Numbered from the stretch's first letter, positions 1 through 9,564 are shown. The stretch is 39,401 nucleotides of DNA from Phycisphaerae bacterium (GCA_046538345.1 JBKHJB010000001.1:1-39401), one strand, 5' to 3'. Notes: a model not told the origin generated them from the sequence alone. Translations and numbers: made by a program.

Positions 1-238
1 GGAACCCATACAGCCCCGCTCGGATGTCTTCCGCCGGCGTCTCTACAGCGACCGGGGGAGATGTCCGACAAAAGGTGTATCCCCGCCCCGGCGGAGCCGC
101 TTGTGGGCATGCAGTTTTGCTTGACGGTTGGCCAAGAGGGACGGAGAATGCCGAATTCTGTAACGGTTGGCTGTGCGCCTATAACAAGTGCCGTATCCTA
201 CGGACGCTGTGGCGTCCGGAATCTCACGCAGGGACAAC

Positions 239-3200
239 ATGAACGGTAAAAACCTATCGCTGAAATTCTTGCTGCTGGCCGCTGTGGTGGTGCTGCTGGG
301 GTGGTCACTGTGGGAACGCGGTGTCGCCACCGGTATCGACCTTCGAGGCGGGCACAGTCTCGTCTTCCAGCTCCGGACTCCCCAGACCGAGATAAGGCGG
401 ATAGACGAGCAGTTGGAGAACGTCGAAGCCCAACTGGCGGAGGTCGAAGACCAGCAGCGGCGAGAGGACTTGCTCGAGACCAGGCAGCGTCTCGAAAGCG
501 AGCGAGAGCGTTACGAGCAGCAGGCGGCCGGTGTTTCCGGCGACCTGGTGCAACAGGTCATCCGCGTCGTGCGCGAGCGCATAGACCCCCAGGGATTGTT
601 GAACCTCGAAATTCGACCGGTAGGCGAGGACCGACTGGAAATACGCATGCCGGCCGCCCGCCCGGAGGCAACCGAAGCCAAGAACCAGTACCTTCGGGCA
701 CTGGACGAGCTTCAGCAGAACAACATCCAGCGGACGCAGTTGCGGCGCCTGGTCGCCCTGGACGAGCAACGGCGAGCCGAGGAGATAGAGCGGCTCGCGC
801 GAGGCGACGAGGAGCTGGAGGCGTTGCTGACAGAGGTGGTCGAGGCGAACGACGCGGTTTCGGAGGCGCGCAGCGCGGTCAACGAAGCCCAGCAGACCCG
901 CGATCGCGCCATCGCCGAAGGAGCCGACGAAGACCGGCTGGAGGAGTTGGAAGAGAAGCTCCAGGCGGCGCGAGCGGATCTTGCCAACGCCGAGGCGGCC
1001 TATCACGAGAAGCTCGGCCAATTGAGGGACAAGAATGTTTCGGTCGAGCGATTGCAGCAGGTTCTGAATCAGTACCTTTCCTCGCGTGAGGCAGAGGCCC
1101 TGCGCAAGACAGACCCGGACAAGGCGCGCCAGCAGCAGCGGGCCTTCGAGCGTCAACTCGAACGGCTCAAAGAGCAGTATCCGGAAAGGGCCGATGAAAT
1201 TCAGCGCGTCGCCGACCTGTATATTGACTGGGCGGAGCGGCGCGAAACGCTGGACGACCCCGAGGACCTCAAGCGACTGATCGCCAAGTCGGGCGTGCTG
1301 GAATTTCGTATTGCGCCCTTCCGGCCGGACCGCAACGAGGAATTCAAGCTGGAGGAGTCCGAGCGGGACCGCTACCTCCGCACACTGCAGGATGAGGGTC
1401 CGGAGGCGGCGCGCCGTCGCGACGAGCCGTTTGCGTGGTTCCCCGTCCGCAACCCCGAGAGGATCCCCAGGTCGCTTATACTTGCCGACCACGCAGGCGA
1501 GACGTATGTGCTTTTGAGTAACCAGCCGGGCACCACGCTGCTGCGCGACCCCGCCGATCCGACCCGCTGGCAGCTCGACACGGCCTGGGTCGGGCGCGAC
1601 GATCTGGGCCGACCCGTGGTGATGTTCGAAATGGACTCGCGCGGGGCGGATTTGTTCGGCAGCTTGACGTCGGCGAATATCGGCAAGCAGATGGCCGTTC
1701 TGCTTGACGACGAGGTGTATTCCGCGCCGACCATTGAAAGCACCATTTCACGCAGGGGGCAGATCAGCGGCGACTTTACCCCCGCCGATGCCAACGAGTT
1801 GGCGCGCATACTCAAGGCCGGCTCGCTGCCGGCCAAGATTATCCCGGACCCGGTCTCTCAGCGCAGCTTCGGTCCGGGTCTGGGCGAGGAGAACCGCCGG
1901 TTGGGTATCCGCGCCGCTTACGCCGGGCTTATCGCGGTGGCGGTGTTCATGCTCATCTATTATCTGTTGGCGGGGCTTATCGCCAATGTGGCGCTGGTGC
2001 TGAACGTCATCCTGGTCCTGGGTGTGATGTCGGTGGTCAGCGCGGTGTTTACCCTGCCTGGCATCGCCGGGATCATCCTGACGATAGGTATGGCGGTTGA
2101 TGCGAACGTGCTCATCTTCGAGCGTCTGCGCGAGGAGCAGGAGCGCGGACAGTCGCTGCGCATGGCGCTGAAAAACGCCTACGAGCGGGCGTTCTCTGCC
2201 ATCTTTGACGCCAACATCACAACTCTGCTCGTCTGCGCCATCCTGTTTGTCGTATTTGACTGGGTGGGCATGCAGGAGGTCCGCGGCTTCGCCATCACGC
2301 TGGGTCTGGGTGTTGTGTTCAGCATGTTCACCGCCCTGGTGTTCACGAGGTGGGTCTTCCAGGTGCTGCTGAAGGCGGGGCTGCTGAAAAACCGCGTCAT
2401 TATGCTCAAGCTCATCGGTACGCCGAAGGTGAACTGGATGGGCAAGCGGTACCTTTTCTGGGGTCTGTCAACTGCGATGATGGTCCTGGGTATCTCCTCG
2501 CTCGTCTGGCAGGGCGCGGATATCTGGGGCATCGAGTTCTCCTCCGGTAGCGAGACCGTTCTGGAGCTGGAAGACGACGCGCTTATCGGCGGGGAGCTGC
2601 CCAACGACAAGCTCATCCGCGACCGTTTCCTGGCCCAGGCGCGGGAGATGGCGGCCGACGACCCCAAATACGCGACCCTTTCGGAGACCGCGAAGGTGGA
2701 GAAGATTATCACCGAGCGGCAGCCCGATGAACTTCTGGAGGACTACGATTCCAACGGCGACGGAACTATCTCACGCCGGGAATGGACGGGCGCCGGTCTG
2801 TCGGAGGAGTTCTTCGCGAAGGTGGACGTCGACGACGACGGGCGGCTCGCGCGCGACGAGATGCGCCGGAACCTGCCCTCGATGCAGTACCAGGTGGCGA
2901 CCACCGAGACGAACACGGCGCTTATTCTGGACGTGGCCCGAGCCGCCTTCGGCGAGCAGTTGAGGTACCGTCCGGAGTGCGATTTCACCATCGCCGAGGA
3001 CACCTACATACCGGAGATGGACGTTCAACTCACCGGCAGGACGACGCGCATAACGCCGGCTTTGACTGAGCAGGCCGGGGCCGCCTATCAGGACGAACTG
3101 TCCGACCACGAGGACGGTCTGCTGATGGTCTTCGCGGAGGTGGACCCCCCGATTACCACCGCGGACCTTACTCAGCGACACCGTGAGTTGCTGCTTCAGC

Positions 3201-3991
3201 CGGATTTCGCCGGCGAGGTGGTCATGCCCGAGATTCTCGGTATCACTCCCGCCGGGGAGGAAACGTACTCCGCCTTTGCGATTCTGGTCCCCCGGCCCGA
3301 CCAGCCGGTTTCGATGGATTCACTGGCTTCGAAGCAATTGGACCTGACCCGCGCCGCGATGGAACGCAAGGAATCGCTGGTGACCACGAACTTCGACGCC
3401 GCCGTCGCCGCGCAGACCACACAGTACGCCATAGCCGCCGTCATATTGAGCTGGCTGGCGATTGTGGGTTACCTCTGGCTGCGGTTCGGATCGGTCCGCT
3501 GGGGACTGGCGGCGGTTGTGTGTCTGGTCCACGATACCGTGATTGTCATCGGCCTGGTGGCGGCCGCCGGTTGGCTGCACGACACCTGGCTGGGCAATGC
3601 GCTGGCGATCACCCCGTTCAAGATCGACCTGGCGATGGTAGCCGCTATCCTGACCGTCATCGGATATTCGGTGAACGATACCATCGTCGTGTTCGACCGC
3701 ATCCGCGAGAATCGCGGCAAGTTGACGAAGGTGACCGCGCCGGTCATTAATTCGTCCATCAACCAGGTGCTCAGCCGGACGCTGCTGACCAGTGGTACGA
3801 CGTTCATCGTGTTGCTGATTATGTACGTCTGGGGCGGTCCCGGCATCCACGCGTTCAGCTATGCTCTGCTGGCGGGTGTGATTTTCGGTACGTATTCGTC
3901 GATTGCCGTCGCCAGCCCGCAGTTGATGGGTCTCAAGCGGGCTCTGATCGCAAAAACCGCACCCCCGCAGGAGGCGGCTCCGGCTGAGTGA
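239..3991 (+). CDS. secDF: Fused protein translocase subunit SecDF, oversized, with coiled-coil and EF-hand insertions
   Basis: ORF 188..3991. The ATG at 239 gives MNGKNLSLKFLLLAAVVVLLGW (TM1). SecD signatures: GIDLRGGHSLVF, VIRVVRERIDPQG..EIRPVGEDRLEIRMP, GVLEFRIAP, and a TM block with GMAVDANVLIFERLREE. A second SecF-like module follows (WGIEFSSGSETV; TM block IGYSVNDTIVVFDRIREN). Start choice 188 vs 239 is uncertain. Confidence 0.85.
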   Translation: MNGKNLSLKFLLLAAVVVLLGWSLWERGVATGIDLRGGHSLVFQLRTPQTEIRRIDEQLENVEAQLAEVEDQQRREDLLETRQRLESERERYEQQAAGVSGDLVQQVIRVVRERIDPQGLLNLEIRPVGEDRLEIRMPAARPEATEAKNQYLRALDELQQNNIQRTQLRRLVALDEQRRAEEIERLARGDEELEALLTEVVEANDAVSEARSAVNEAQQTRDRAIAEGADEDRLEELEEKLQAARADLANAEAAYHEKLGQLRDKNVSVERLQQVLNQYLSSREAEALRKTDPDKARQQQRAFERQLERLKEQYPERADEIQRVADLYIDWAERRETLDDPEDLKRLIAKSGVLEFRIAPFRPDRNEEFKLEESERDRYLRTLQDEGPEAARRRDEPFAWFPVRNPERIPRSLILADHAGETYVLLSNQPGTTLLRDPADPTRWQLDTAWVGRDDLGRPVVMFEMDSRGADLFGSLTSANIGKQMAVLLDDEVYSAPTIESTISRRGQISGDFTPADANELARILKAGSLPAKIIPDPVSQRSFGPGLGEENRRLGIRAAYAGLIAVAVFMLIYYLLAGLIANVALVLNVILVLGVMSVVSAVFTLPGIAGIILTIGMAVDANVLIFERLREEQERGQSLRMALKNAYERAFSAIFDANITTLLVCAILFVVFDWVGMQEVRGFAITLGLGVVFSMFTALVFTRWVFQVLLKAGLLKNRVIMLKLIGTPKVNWMGKRYLFWGLSTAMMVLGISSLVWQGADIWGIEFSSGSETVLELEDDALIGGELPNDKLIRDRFLAQAREMAADDPKYATLSETAKVEKIITERQPDELLEDYDSNGDGTISRREWTGAGLSEEFFAKVDVDDDGRLARDEMRRNLPSMQYQVATTETNTALILDVARAAFGEQLRYRPECDFTIAEDTYIPEMDVQLTGRTTRITPALTEQAGAAYQDELSDHEDGLLMVFAEVDPPITTADLTQRHRELLLQPDFAGEVVMPEILGITPAGEETYSAFAILVPRPDQPVSMDSLASKQLDLTRAAMERKESLVTTNFDAAVAAQTTQYAIAAVILSWLAIVGYLWLRFGSVRWGLAAVVCLVHDTVIVIGLVAAAGWLHDTWLGNALAITPFKIDLAMVAAILTVIGYSVNDTIVVFDRIRENRGKLTKVTAPVINSSINQVLSRTLLTSGTTFIVLLIMYVWGGPGIHAFSYALLAGVIFGTYSSIAVASPQLMGLKRALIAKTAPPQEAAPAE

Positions 3992-4008
3992 CACCGGCAC
4001 GGGCTGAA

Positions 4009-5526
4009 ATGACCGCCAGAGCGTGTATTCTGCCGGCTGTGGCAGTGGCGGCGGCGCTTTGTTCGTGCTCGGCGCCTCCGTCATCGGACGGATACCGGCT
4101 GGATCCGCTGGCGTTTCGCCAGCGTCAGGCCTACCCGGAGGCGGCCGGCGGAAGGTTTGTCTCGCTGGCGGATTTCGAGGACGCCCCGGGCAATCCCGGA
4201 CACCGACAGGTGGGCAATTTCTCCGTGTCCGGCGGCGGTTCACGCTCTTTTACAGTGAACGTCTCCTCCACCGGTTCCGGCGCCATGGAGGTACTTCTGC
4301 CGCCCGGCGCCGAGTTGCGCTTCGACCTGCCTGACATACGCAACTTCACCGGATACGCCCTGCTGAGCTTGGCCGTCCACAGCGATGAGCTGCGCGACGA
4401 CCTTCAGGTCACCCTCTCGTCGCCCTCCGGCGAATGGACATCCTCGCGTCGGCTGGTTCGTCCGGGTTGGAACAGTGTTCCGGTGGACTTGCGGCGAGCC
4501 GGCCGCGACGGGGAACTGACCCTTACGGACGTGCGGTCGATCCGGCTGGGTTTTCCCGAAGCGGCCGATTCGGTCCGATTCGTCCTGGACGACGTGCTGC
4601 TGATAGACAATCGGCGCGAAATATCCCCCGTGCCTGACGGTCTGACCGTTCTGAAAGAGGGACTGGATTACCGTATTTCTATGACCGGGCGGGACAGGGA
4701 CCTCCGGTTGAGGCAGTCGGATGACGGTCTATGGCGGTTTGACGACCAGCAACCGATCCTTGCGCTGGGCGAGAGGGACGCGGCGGGCGAGCGATTGGAC
4801 GTCCTCGGCGACAGGCGAGTGGGGCATGTTGAGCTGGTCGAACATAATAGCATCCGCGTTCGGATCGTCAGCACGTGGTATTTCCCCGGCCGAGCCGGCG
4901 CATGGGCCTCGATGTCTGTGCGTAAGATACGCTGGGAACACACCTTCTATAGCGATGGGCGGTGGGTCTGCTCGGTTGATCTGGACGCCGCCGGAGCGGA
5001 GGACTTTTCTGGTCTGACTATCCGGTTGCCCTCGGTCGCCGCGGTTGCCGGGGACGGCCGGTCAGGGATTATCGAGGAACCGGGCTTCAGCGGACCTTCC
5101 GGAAGGTGGAGCTATTTGATAGGCGGCGCAGGTAGGCACAGACGAGTGCACGAAGCGAACTATCTGAATCCGCCGAAGATTACTCCGCAGCGAGCGCGGG
5201 AGGACACCTTTGCCGCGGGGGATTTCGACAAGGACTTGTTCGACGAGTCCCAGGGATGCTTCACGATATTCGCGAGCGGCGGAAGGTGTCGTTTCACGGT
5301 CCGGCCGGGCGATGAGCCGCGGGCGAACCCCGTCTTCAGGGTGGTGGGTCCGTGGTCCCGCCCGCCGGTGGTTACTGTGGCGGGTATGCGCATTGGCGAC
5401 GTGGTCTTGCTCGAGGACGGCTCGGCGCTGTTTGTCCTGCCCGTGGCGCTGCAGTCGGGTGTCGAGGTCGAACTCAGCGAGGCCGGGAAAGCCCAAAAGA
5501 TTTCTGCGAGTAACGCCGACCTTTGA
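4009..5526 (+). CDS. Hypothetical secreted lipoprotein, coupled to secDF
   Basis: ORF 3988..5526 overlaps the secDF stop (GTG 3988 / TGA 3989-3991). The ATG at 4009 gives MTARACILPAVAVAAALCSCS, a signal peptide with a lipobox-like L-C-S-C. No recognisable catalytic motif. Confidence 0.5.
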   Translation: MTARACILPAVAVAAALCSCSAPPSSDGYRLDPLAFRQRQAYPEAAGGRFVSLADFEDAPGNPGHRQVGNFSVSGGGSRSFTVNVSSTGSGAMEVLLPPGAELRFDLPDIRNFTGYALLSLAVHSDELRDDLQVTLSSPSGEWTSSRRLVRPGWNSVPVDLRRAGRDGELTLTDVRSIRLGFPEAADSVRFVLDDVLLIDNRREISPVPDGLTVLKEGLDYRISMTGRDRDLRLRQSDDGLWRFDDQQPILALGERDAAGERLDVLGDRRVGHVELVEHNSIRVRIVSTWYFPGRAGAWASMSVRKIRWEHTFYSDGRWVCSVDLDAAGAEDFSGLTIRLPSVAAVAGDGRSGIIEEPGFSGPSGRWSYLIGGAGRHRRVHEANYLNPPKITPQRAREDTFAAGDFDKDLFDESQGCFTIFASGGRCRFTVRPGDEPRANPVFRVVGPWSRPPVVTVAGMRIGDVVLLEDGSALFVLPVALQSGVEVELSEAGKAQKISASNADL

Positions 5527-5881
5527 GCAGGTGAGCGGCGTAGAATATGCGACGCAGGCGCTCGGCGGCTCGTCACAGGGATCATAAGCTCCCAAGGCCT
5601 TACATTTGATAAAGTTGGCACAACGGATTACCGATACCTCAAGCAGTCCTGACCCGTGTGGGACGTGACCGGACAGCCGTAAGTAGTTGGGTTTACAAAA
5701 CCGATGTTGTCGCGCGGCCTTGGGCCCGTTAGGGTGTAATTGCCGGATTTTGCTCGATCCGGAGGCGATGGTATTGTCTCCCACAGGGCTTAGCTCGTTT
5801 CGTTAACTGAGCCGAACCATTCCCGCATCCGCGGGGTAAGAGGCAAAGGTGTATTTGCTGTTGAGTAGGAAAGGCGACGTG

Positions 5882-7663
5882 ATGATCAAGGACGCCCGAC
5901 CCAAGCTACTGCTGTTCACATGCCTGATGATAGCTTTGTCTGTGCTGTCTGGCTGTGAGCAGGGACAGAACCTTGCGGACTCGCTGAAACTCAAGACAGA
6001 CCGTACACGTTTCCTGGCTCCGGAGCAGTTGATCGATTCCTCGCAATTCGAGCGGTCGCCCATCAATCCCATCCTTACGAGTGTGGGGATGGTGGACGAG
6101 GTCTCGGAGCTTCCGCCTAACGCCACCTTCCCCCGGCCGGGGGACTGGTCCTATACGGAGGAGGACTATCGCGTGGGAACTGCCGACGTGTTGGAAGTCG
6201 GCGTGGTGGGTCTGTTCCAGGCCGGCGCGGAGTCTATCCTTCGCAGGCAGGTCTCCGAGAGCGGATACATCGACCTGCCTTTGCTCAAGGAACCGGTATA
6301 TGTAAAGGGGATGACCACCACAGGCGTCCGCAAAGCGGTCGCCGATGCCTACGACCCGGGGGTCCTGCGTGACCCCATCGTTTCAGTGACTATCCTTGAG
6401 AGGCGGCAGAGCACCTTTTCCGTGCTTGGCTCAGTGGACCGACCCGGCACCTACAACATCATGCGTAACGACATGCGTGTGATGGAAGCTCTTGCGCTGG
6501 GCGGAGGCATCGTTACACAGAATATTGACTATATTTACGTAATCAGACCGGCTCCCGCCGAGGCAGTCAAGGTGGAAAAGCCCGAGGCCGATGAGCCGGA
6601 CCGCCAGCGGCGGCAGCAGCAACAGCCGGAGCAGCCAACCCAGCAGCCGGAGCAGCCAACCGAGCAGCCGGAGCAGCCGGTGGAAGAGCCGACCGGGGAC
6701 GAGGAACCGGTAGAGCCGGAAGAGGACATCGAGTCTATTCTTCGCGAGCTTGGCGGTTCGGCGCCGGGGCCTGCCCCGGAGACCGAACCGTCTGTGCCGA
6801 CTCCTTCCGAGAGCGGACAGGTTCCGCTGATAAGCGACGCCGACGGCGGGGCAGCGGGCGACTCTGCAACGACTACCACCGCGGCGACCGCCGATGCTGA
6901 CGCCGAGCCGGAGTACGAATGGGTATATGAAGACGGCACGTGGCAGCGTGTGGCCAAAGACGGCGAGCCGGTGCCTGAGGACGCCGTCGAGCCGGAGGAG
7001 CCGACGACCGAAGAGGTCGAGCCGACGCCGCAGCCGCGACGCCCGGATCCCGGGGAGCTGGCTCCGCCCACGCGGCGGCGCGAGCTGGCCGAGGCGCCCG
7101 AGCGGCAGCCGCCGCCTGCTGAGCAGCGTCGCGACCCGTTCGGCTGGGCGGAGCTGGACAAGTCGGATCTTTCGCGGGTTATCGCCATCAACCTCAAAGC
7201 GCTGCAGGAAGGCGACCCGCAGATGAACATCATCATCCGCCCCAACGACATCGTCTATGTACCCCTGCTGGATGGTGCGGAGTTTTACGTTACCGGCGAG
7301 GTGAGGCAGCCGGGTCCGTACAACATGACCGGACGCAAAGTTACGGTCAAACAGGCGATCTCCTACGCCGGCGGGTTCTCACCGACGGCTTGGCCGGAGA
7401 ACGCCATACTTATCCGACGTGTCGGCAATACGCAGGAACAGATAATCCCCTTGGACCTGGAGGCCATCTATCAAGGCGAGGAACCCGACCTGTACCTAAA
7501 GGCCGACGACGTAATCGCCGTCGGCAGCAACTGGCGCAGTCCGTTCTACGCGGTTATGCGCAACGCGTTCCGTATGACGTACGGTTTCGGGTTCATCTAC
7601 GACAGGAACTTTGCCAACCCGGTGTTCAATACACCGACCAGTCGCCGATTCACACGGTGGTAA
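5882..7663 (+). CDS. Polysaccharide export protein (Wza/Poly_export + SLBB type) with a long Pro/Glu-rich insert
   Basis: The ATG at 5882 gives MIKDARPKLLLFTCLMIALSVLSGC (lipobox). Poly_export-like YRVGTADVLEVGVVG...GYIDLPLL..VYVKGMT. Two SLBB-like segments (FSVLGSVDRPGTYN; FYVTGEVRQPGPYN). An alternative GTG start at 5849 has an AAGAGG SD. Confidence 0.8.
   Translation: MIKDARPKLLLFTCLMIALSVLSGCEQGQNLADSLKLKTDRTRFLAPEQLIDSSQFERSPINPILTSVGMVDEVSELPPNATFPRPGDWSYTEEDYRVGTADVLEVGVVGLFQAGAESILRRQVSESGYIDLPLLKEPVYVKGMTTTGVRKAVADAYDPGVLRDPIVSVTILERRQSTFSVLGSVDRPGTYNIMRNDMRVMEALALGGGIVTQNIDYIYVIRPAPAEAVKVEKPEADEPDRQRRQQQQPEQPTQQPEQPTEQPEQPVEEPTGDEEPVEPEEDIESILRELGGSAPGPAPETEPSVPTPSESGQVPLISDADGGAAGDSATTTTAATADADAEPEYEWVYEDGTWQRVAKDGEPVPEDAVEPEEPTTEEVEPTPQPRRPDPGELAPPTRRRELAEAPERQPPPAEQRRDPFGWAELDKSDLSRVIAINLKALQEGDPQMNIIIRPNDIVYVPLLDGAEFYVTGEVRQPGPYNMTGRKVTVKQAISYAGGFSPTAWPENAILIRRVGNTQEQIIPLDLEAIYQGEEPDLYLKADDVIAVGSNWRSPFYAVMRNAFRMTYGFGFIYDRNFANPVFNTPTSRRFTRW
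6623..6680 (+). repeat. In-frame 21-bp tandem repeat (about 2.8 copies) encoding QPEQPTQ/E units
   Basis: CAGCCGGAGCAGCCAACCCAG / CAGCCGGAGCAGCCAACCGAG / CAGCCGGAGCAGCCGG, read directly. It lies inside the exporter CDS. Confidence 0.85.
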
Positions 7664-7681
7664 GCCGCGGGTTGTGGGTGA

Positions 7682-8689
7682 ATGATGAATCGTTCGAATA
7701 ACGTCGCGTCAGCCAAAGCACAAACACCGAGTCGGCTTTCGGAAATGGTCACCACGGTGGAAACGCCTTCGGTGCTGGAGAGCTTTCCGCCGGTGACGCT
7801 GTTGAAGATGGGCTTGCTGGCGCTGCTGCTGGTGGTTCTGCATTGGAGCCGCCTGGTCGAGCTGGTGGGGGTCTGGTACAACGAGCCAAACTGGTCGCAC
7901 GGGTTTCTGATACCACTGTTCAGCGCATTTCTGATTTACAGTCGCCGTGACGAGGTGCTCTCGGCGCCGCGGAAGGTATGCCTGTGGGGCCTACCGTTGA
8001 TGATCGTCGCGCTGCTGATCGAGGCGGCGGCGATCTTTCCCATCCGCAACACCTGGATTTACTGGCTGGCGATGGTGTTGTTGGTCTTCTCCACGGTCCT
8101 GTATCTGGGCGGGACGCGAATTATCCGCGTTACGGCGCTTCCCATCCTTTACTTCGTGCTGGCGATTCCGATACCCAACCTGCTCTACGAGCGTATCGCT
8201 CTGCCTTTGCAGAATCTTGCGGCCCGCGCGTCGGCGCTGCTTCTGCGGGCGCTGGGCACCGAGATATCTGTCCGTGCGAGCCAGCTTGAGGTCATCAGCA
8301 CGGAAGGCAACTGGTACCCCCTGACGGTGGCCGAAGCGTGCAGCGGCGTACGCTCGCTGTTGGCGTACGTGGCATTGGGCGTCGCCTGGGCGTATCTGAC
8401 CGACAGGCCCATCTGGCAGCGCGTGGTGCTGGTTCTGGCGGCCGTGCCTATCGCCATAGTCACCAACATGGCAAGGGTTACCATCACCTGCGGGATGTAC
8501 GCCATCGACCGTCCCGAGCTTGGGACCAAGTTCATGCACGAATTCACGGGCATGCTGATGCTCGCCCCGGCGCTGCTGATGTTCTGGGGTCTGGCGAAAC
8601 TTCTCAGCAGCTTGTTCGTAGAAGTAGAAGACGAGGAGACCGAGCAATCGCAGGTCTCCGACGAAGCGGCCGACGGAGGAGGCGCATGA
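7682..8689 (+). CDS. Exosortase (EpsH/Xrt family transpeptidase)
   Basis: Polytopic membrane protein. It carries the exosortase-type motifs NWSHGFLIP, TVAEACSGVRSLLAY (Cys), NMARVTI (Arg) and FMHEFTGM (His). It sits between an exporter gene and an EpsI-like gene. Confidence 0.8.
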   Translation: MMNRSNNVASAKAQTPSRLSEMVTTVETPSVLESFPPVTLLKMGLLALLLVVLHWSRLVELVGVWYNEPNWSHGFLIPLFSAFLIYSRRDEVLSAPRKVCLWGLPLMIVALLIEAAAIFPIRNTWIYWLAMVLLVFSTVLYLGGTRIIRVTALPILYFVLAIPIPNLLYERIALPLQNLAARASALLLRALGTEISVRASQLEVISTEGNWYPLTVAEACSGVRSLLAYVALGVAWAYLTDRPIWQRVVLVLAAVPIAIVTNMARVTITCGMYAIDRPELGTKFMHEFTGMLMLAPALLMFWGLAKLLSSLFVEVEDEETEQSQVSDEAADGGGA

Positions 8690-9564
8690 GTGCGCCATCG
8701 CGACATCCCGGAGAGGTGAAGCGCGGCTGGATACATTTCGGCGTGGCCGCCGGTCTGCTGGTCCTTGCACTGGGAGGACTGGGTTTCGCCGTTACTTATC
8801 TGGAAGTGGCGCTCCAGAAGGAACCCGTGCCCTGGCCGGAAGATACGCGCGTCAGCGACGATTTCCGTCTGCGCGGGCTGCCTGAGCAGTTCGGGCCTTA
8901 CCGGATGTTGGATACCAACGGTGAGACCGTGCTGGAGGGCGATATTCTGGATTCTCTCGGTGTGGGCCGACCTATAGACGCTCGACGATTGCCCGATCGC
9001 ACCAGCAACTGGTACTTGATCCGTCGCTACGAGGACACGCGCAAGGACGAGTCCAGTCCCTACAAATACTGGCAGTTGGAGGCGTATTACTACACCGGCG
9101 AATACCGCACCGTCCCGCACGTGCCGGAGCGTTGCCTGCCGGCGGCCGGTGCCGAAGCCGTCGAGGGCCAGAGCGGCGCGGTTACATTCTCGCTACCGCC
9201 GCTGGACGAGGACCGGCCCCTGTGGGACACCGGCGAGCTGGTGTTCCAACGGGCGGCCTACGCCACTACGCGCGGGAGGATGCGGGAAGACCGCCTGATG
9301 ACGGTGTACTACATCTTCAGTATCAACGGCGAACCGGAGGACTCTTGGTTGCAGGTCCGCCGGCGGCTGGTTTGGCCGTTCGACAAGTATTGCTACTTCG
9401 CAAAGATTCAGTTCTCGCCGCTGGGTCCTGGAAAAATCGAGGACCTCGACGAAGCCGACCGTGCGGCCGAGGAGTTCATGAACCATGCCATGGAGCATGT
9501 TATCAAGCATTTCCCTTCCGTTAAGGACATGCGGGACCTGAGCGAGCAAGAATCATCGAGCTGA
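8686..9564 (+). CDS. EpsI-family (exosortase-associated, DUF3485-like) membrane-anchored protein
   Basis: The ATG at 8686 overlaps the exosortase TGA (ATGA). It gives MSAPSRHPGEVKRGWIHFGVAAGLLVLALGGLGF (TM), then LPEQFGPY... The position immediately after the exosortase is typical for EpsI. The ORF-track start at 8338 would overlap the exosortase by about 350 nt and was rejected. Confidence 0.6.
   Translation: MSAPSRHPGEVKRGWIHFGVAAGLLVLALGGLGFAVTYLEVALQKEPVPWPEDTRVSDDFRLRGLPEQFGPYRMLDTNGETVLEGDILDSLGVGRPIDARRLPDRTSNWYLIRRYEDTRKDESSPYKYWQLEAYYYTGEYRTVPHVPERCLPAAGAEAVEGQSGAVTFSLPPLDEDRPLWDTGELVFQRAAYATTRGRMREDRLMTVYYIFSINGEPEDSWLQVRRRLVWPFDKYCYFAKIQFSPLGPGKIEDLDEADRAAEEFMNHAMEHVIKHFPSVKDMRDLSEQESSS

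Noticed and set aside
5616-5632. TGGCAC motif suggesting a sigma-54 (-24/-12) promoter upstream of the EPS locus.
   Set aside because: At the required spacing, the -12 position reads TA (..ACGGATTACC) instead of the conserved GC of TTGC. There is therefore no valid -12 element.
8338-8685. The N-terminal 116 codons of the ORF-track version of the EpsI-like gene.
   Set aside because: They would overlap the exosortase CDS by about 350 nt in another frame. The translation is Arg/Gly-rich junk. The ATG at 8686 gives a sensible TM anchor and an ATGA coupling.
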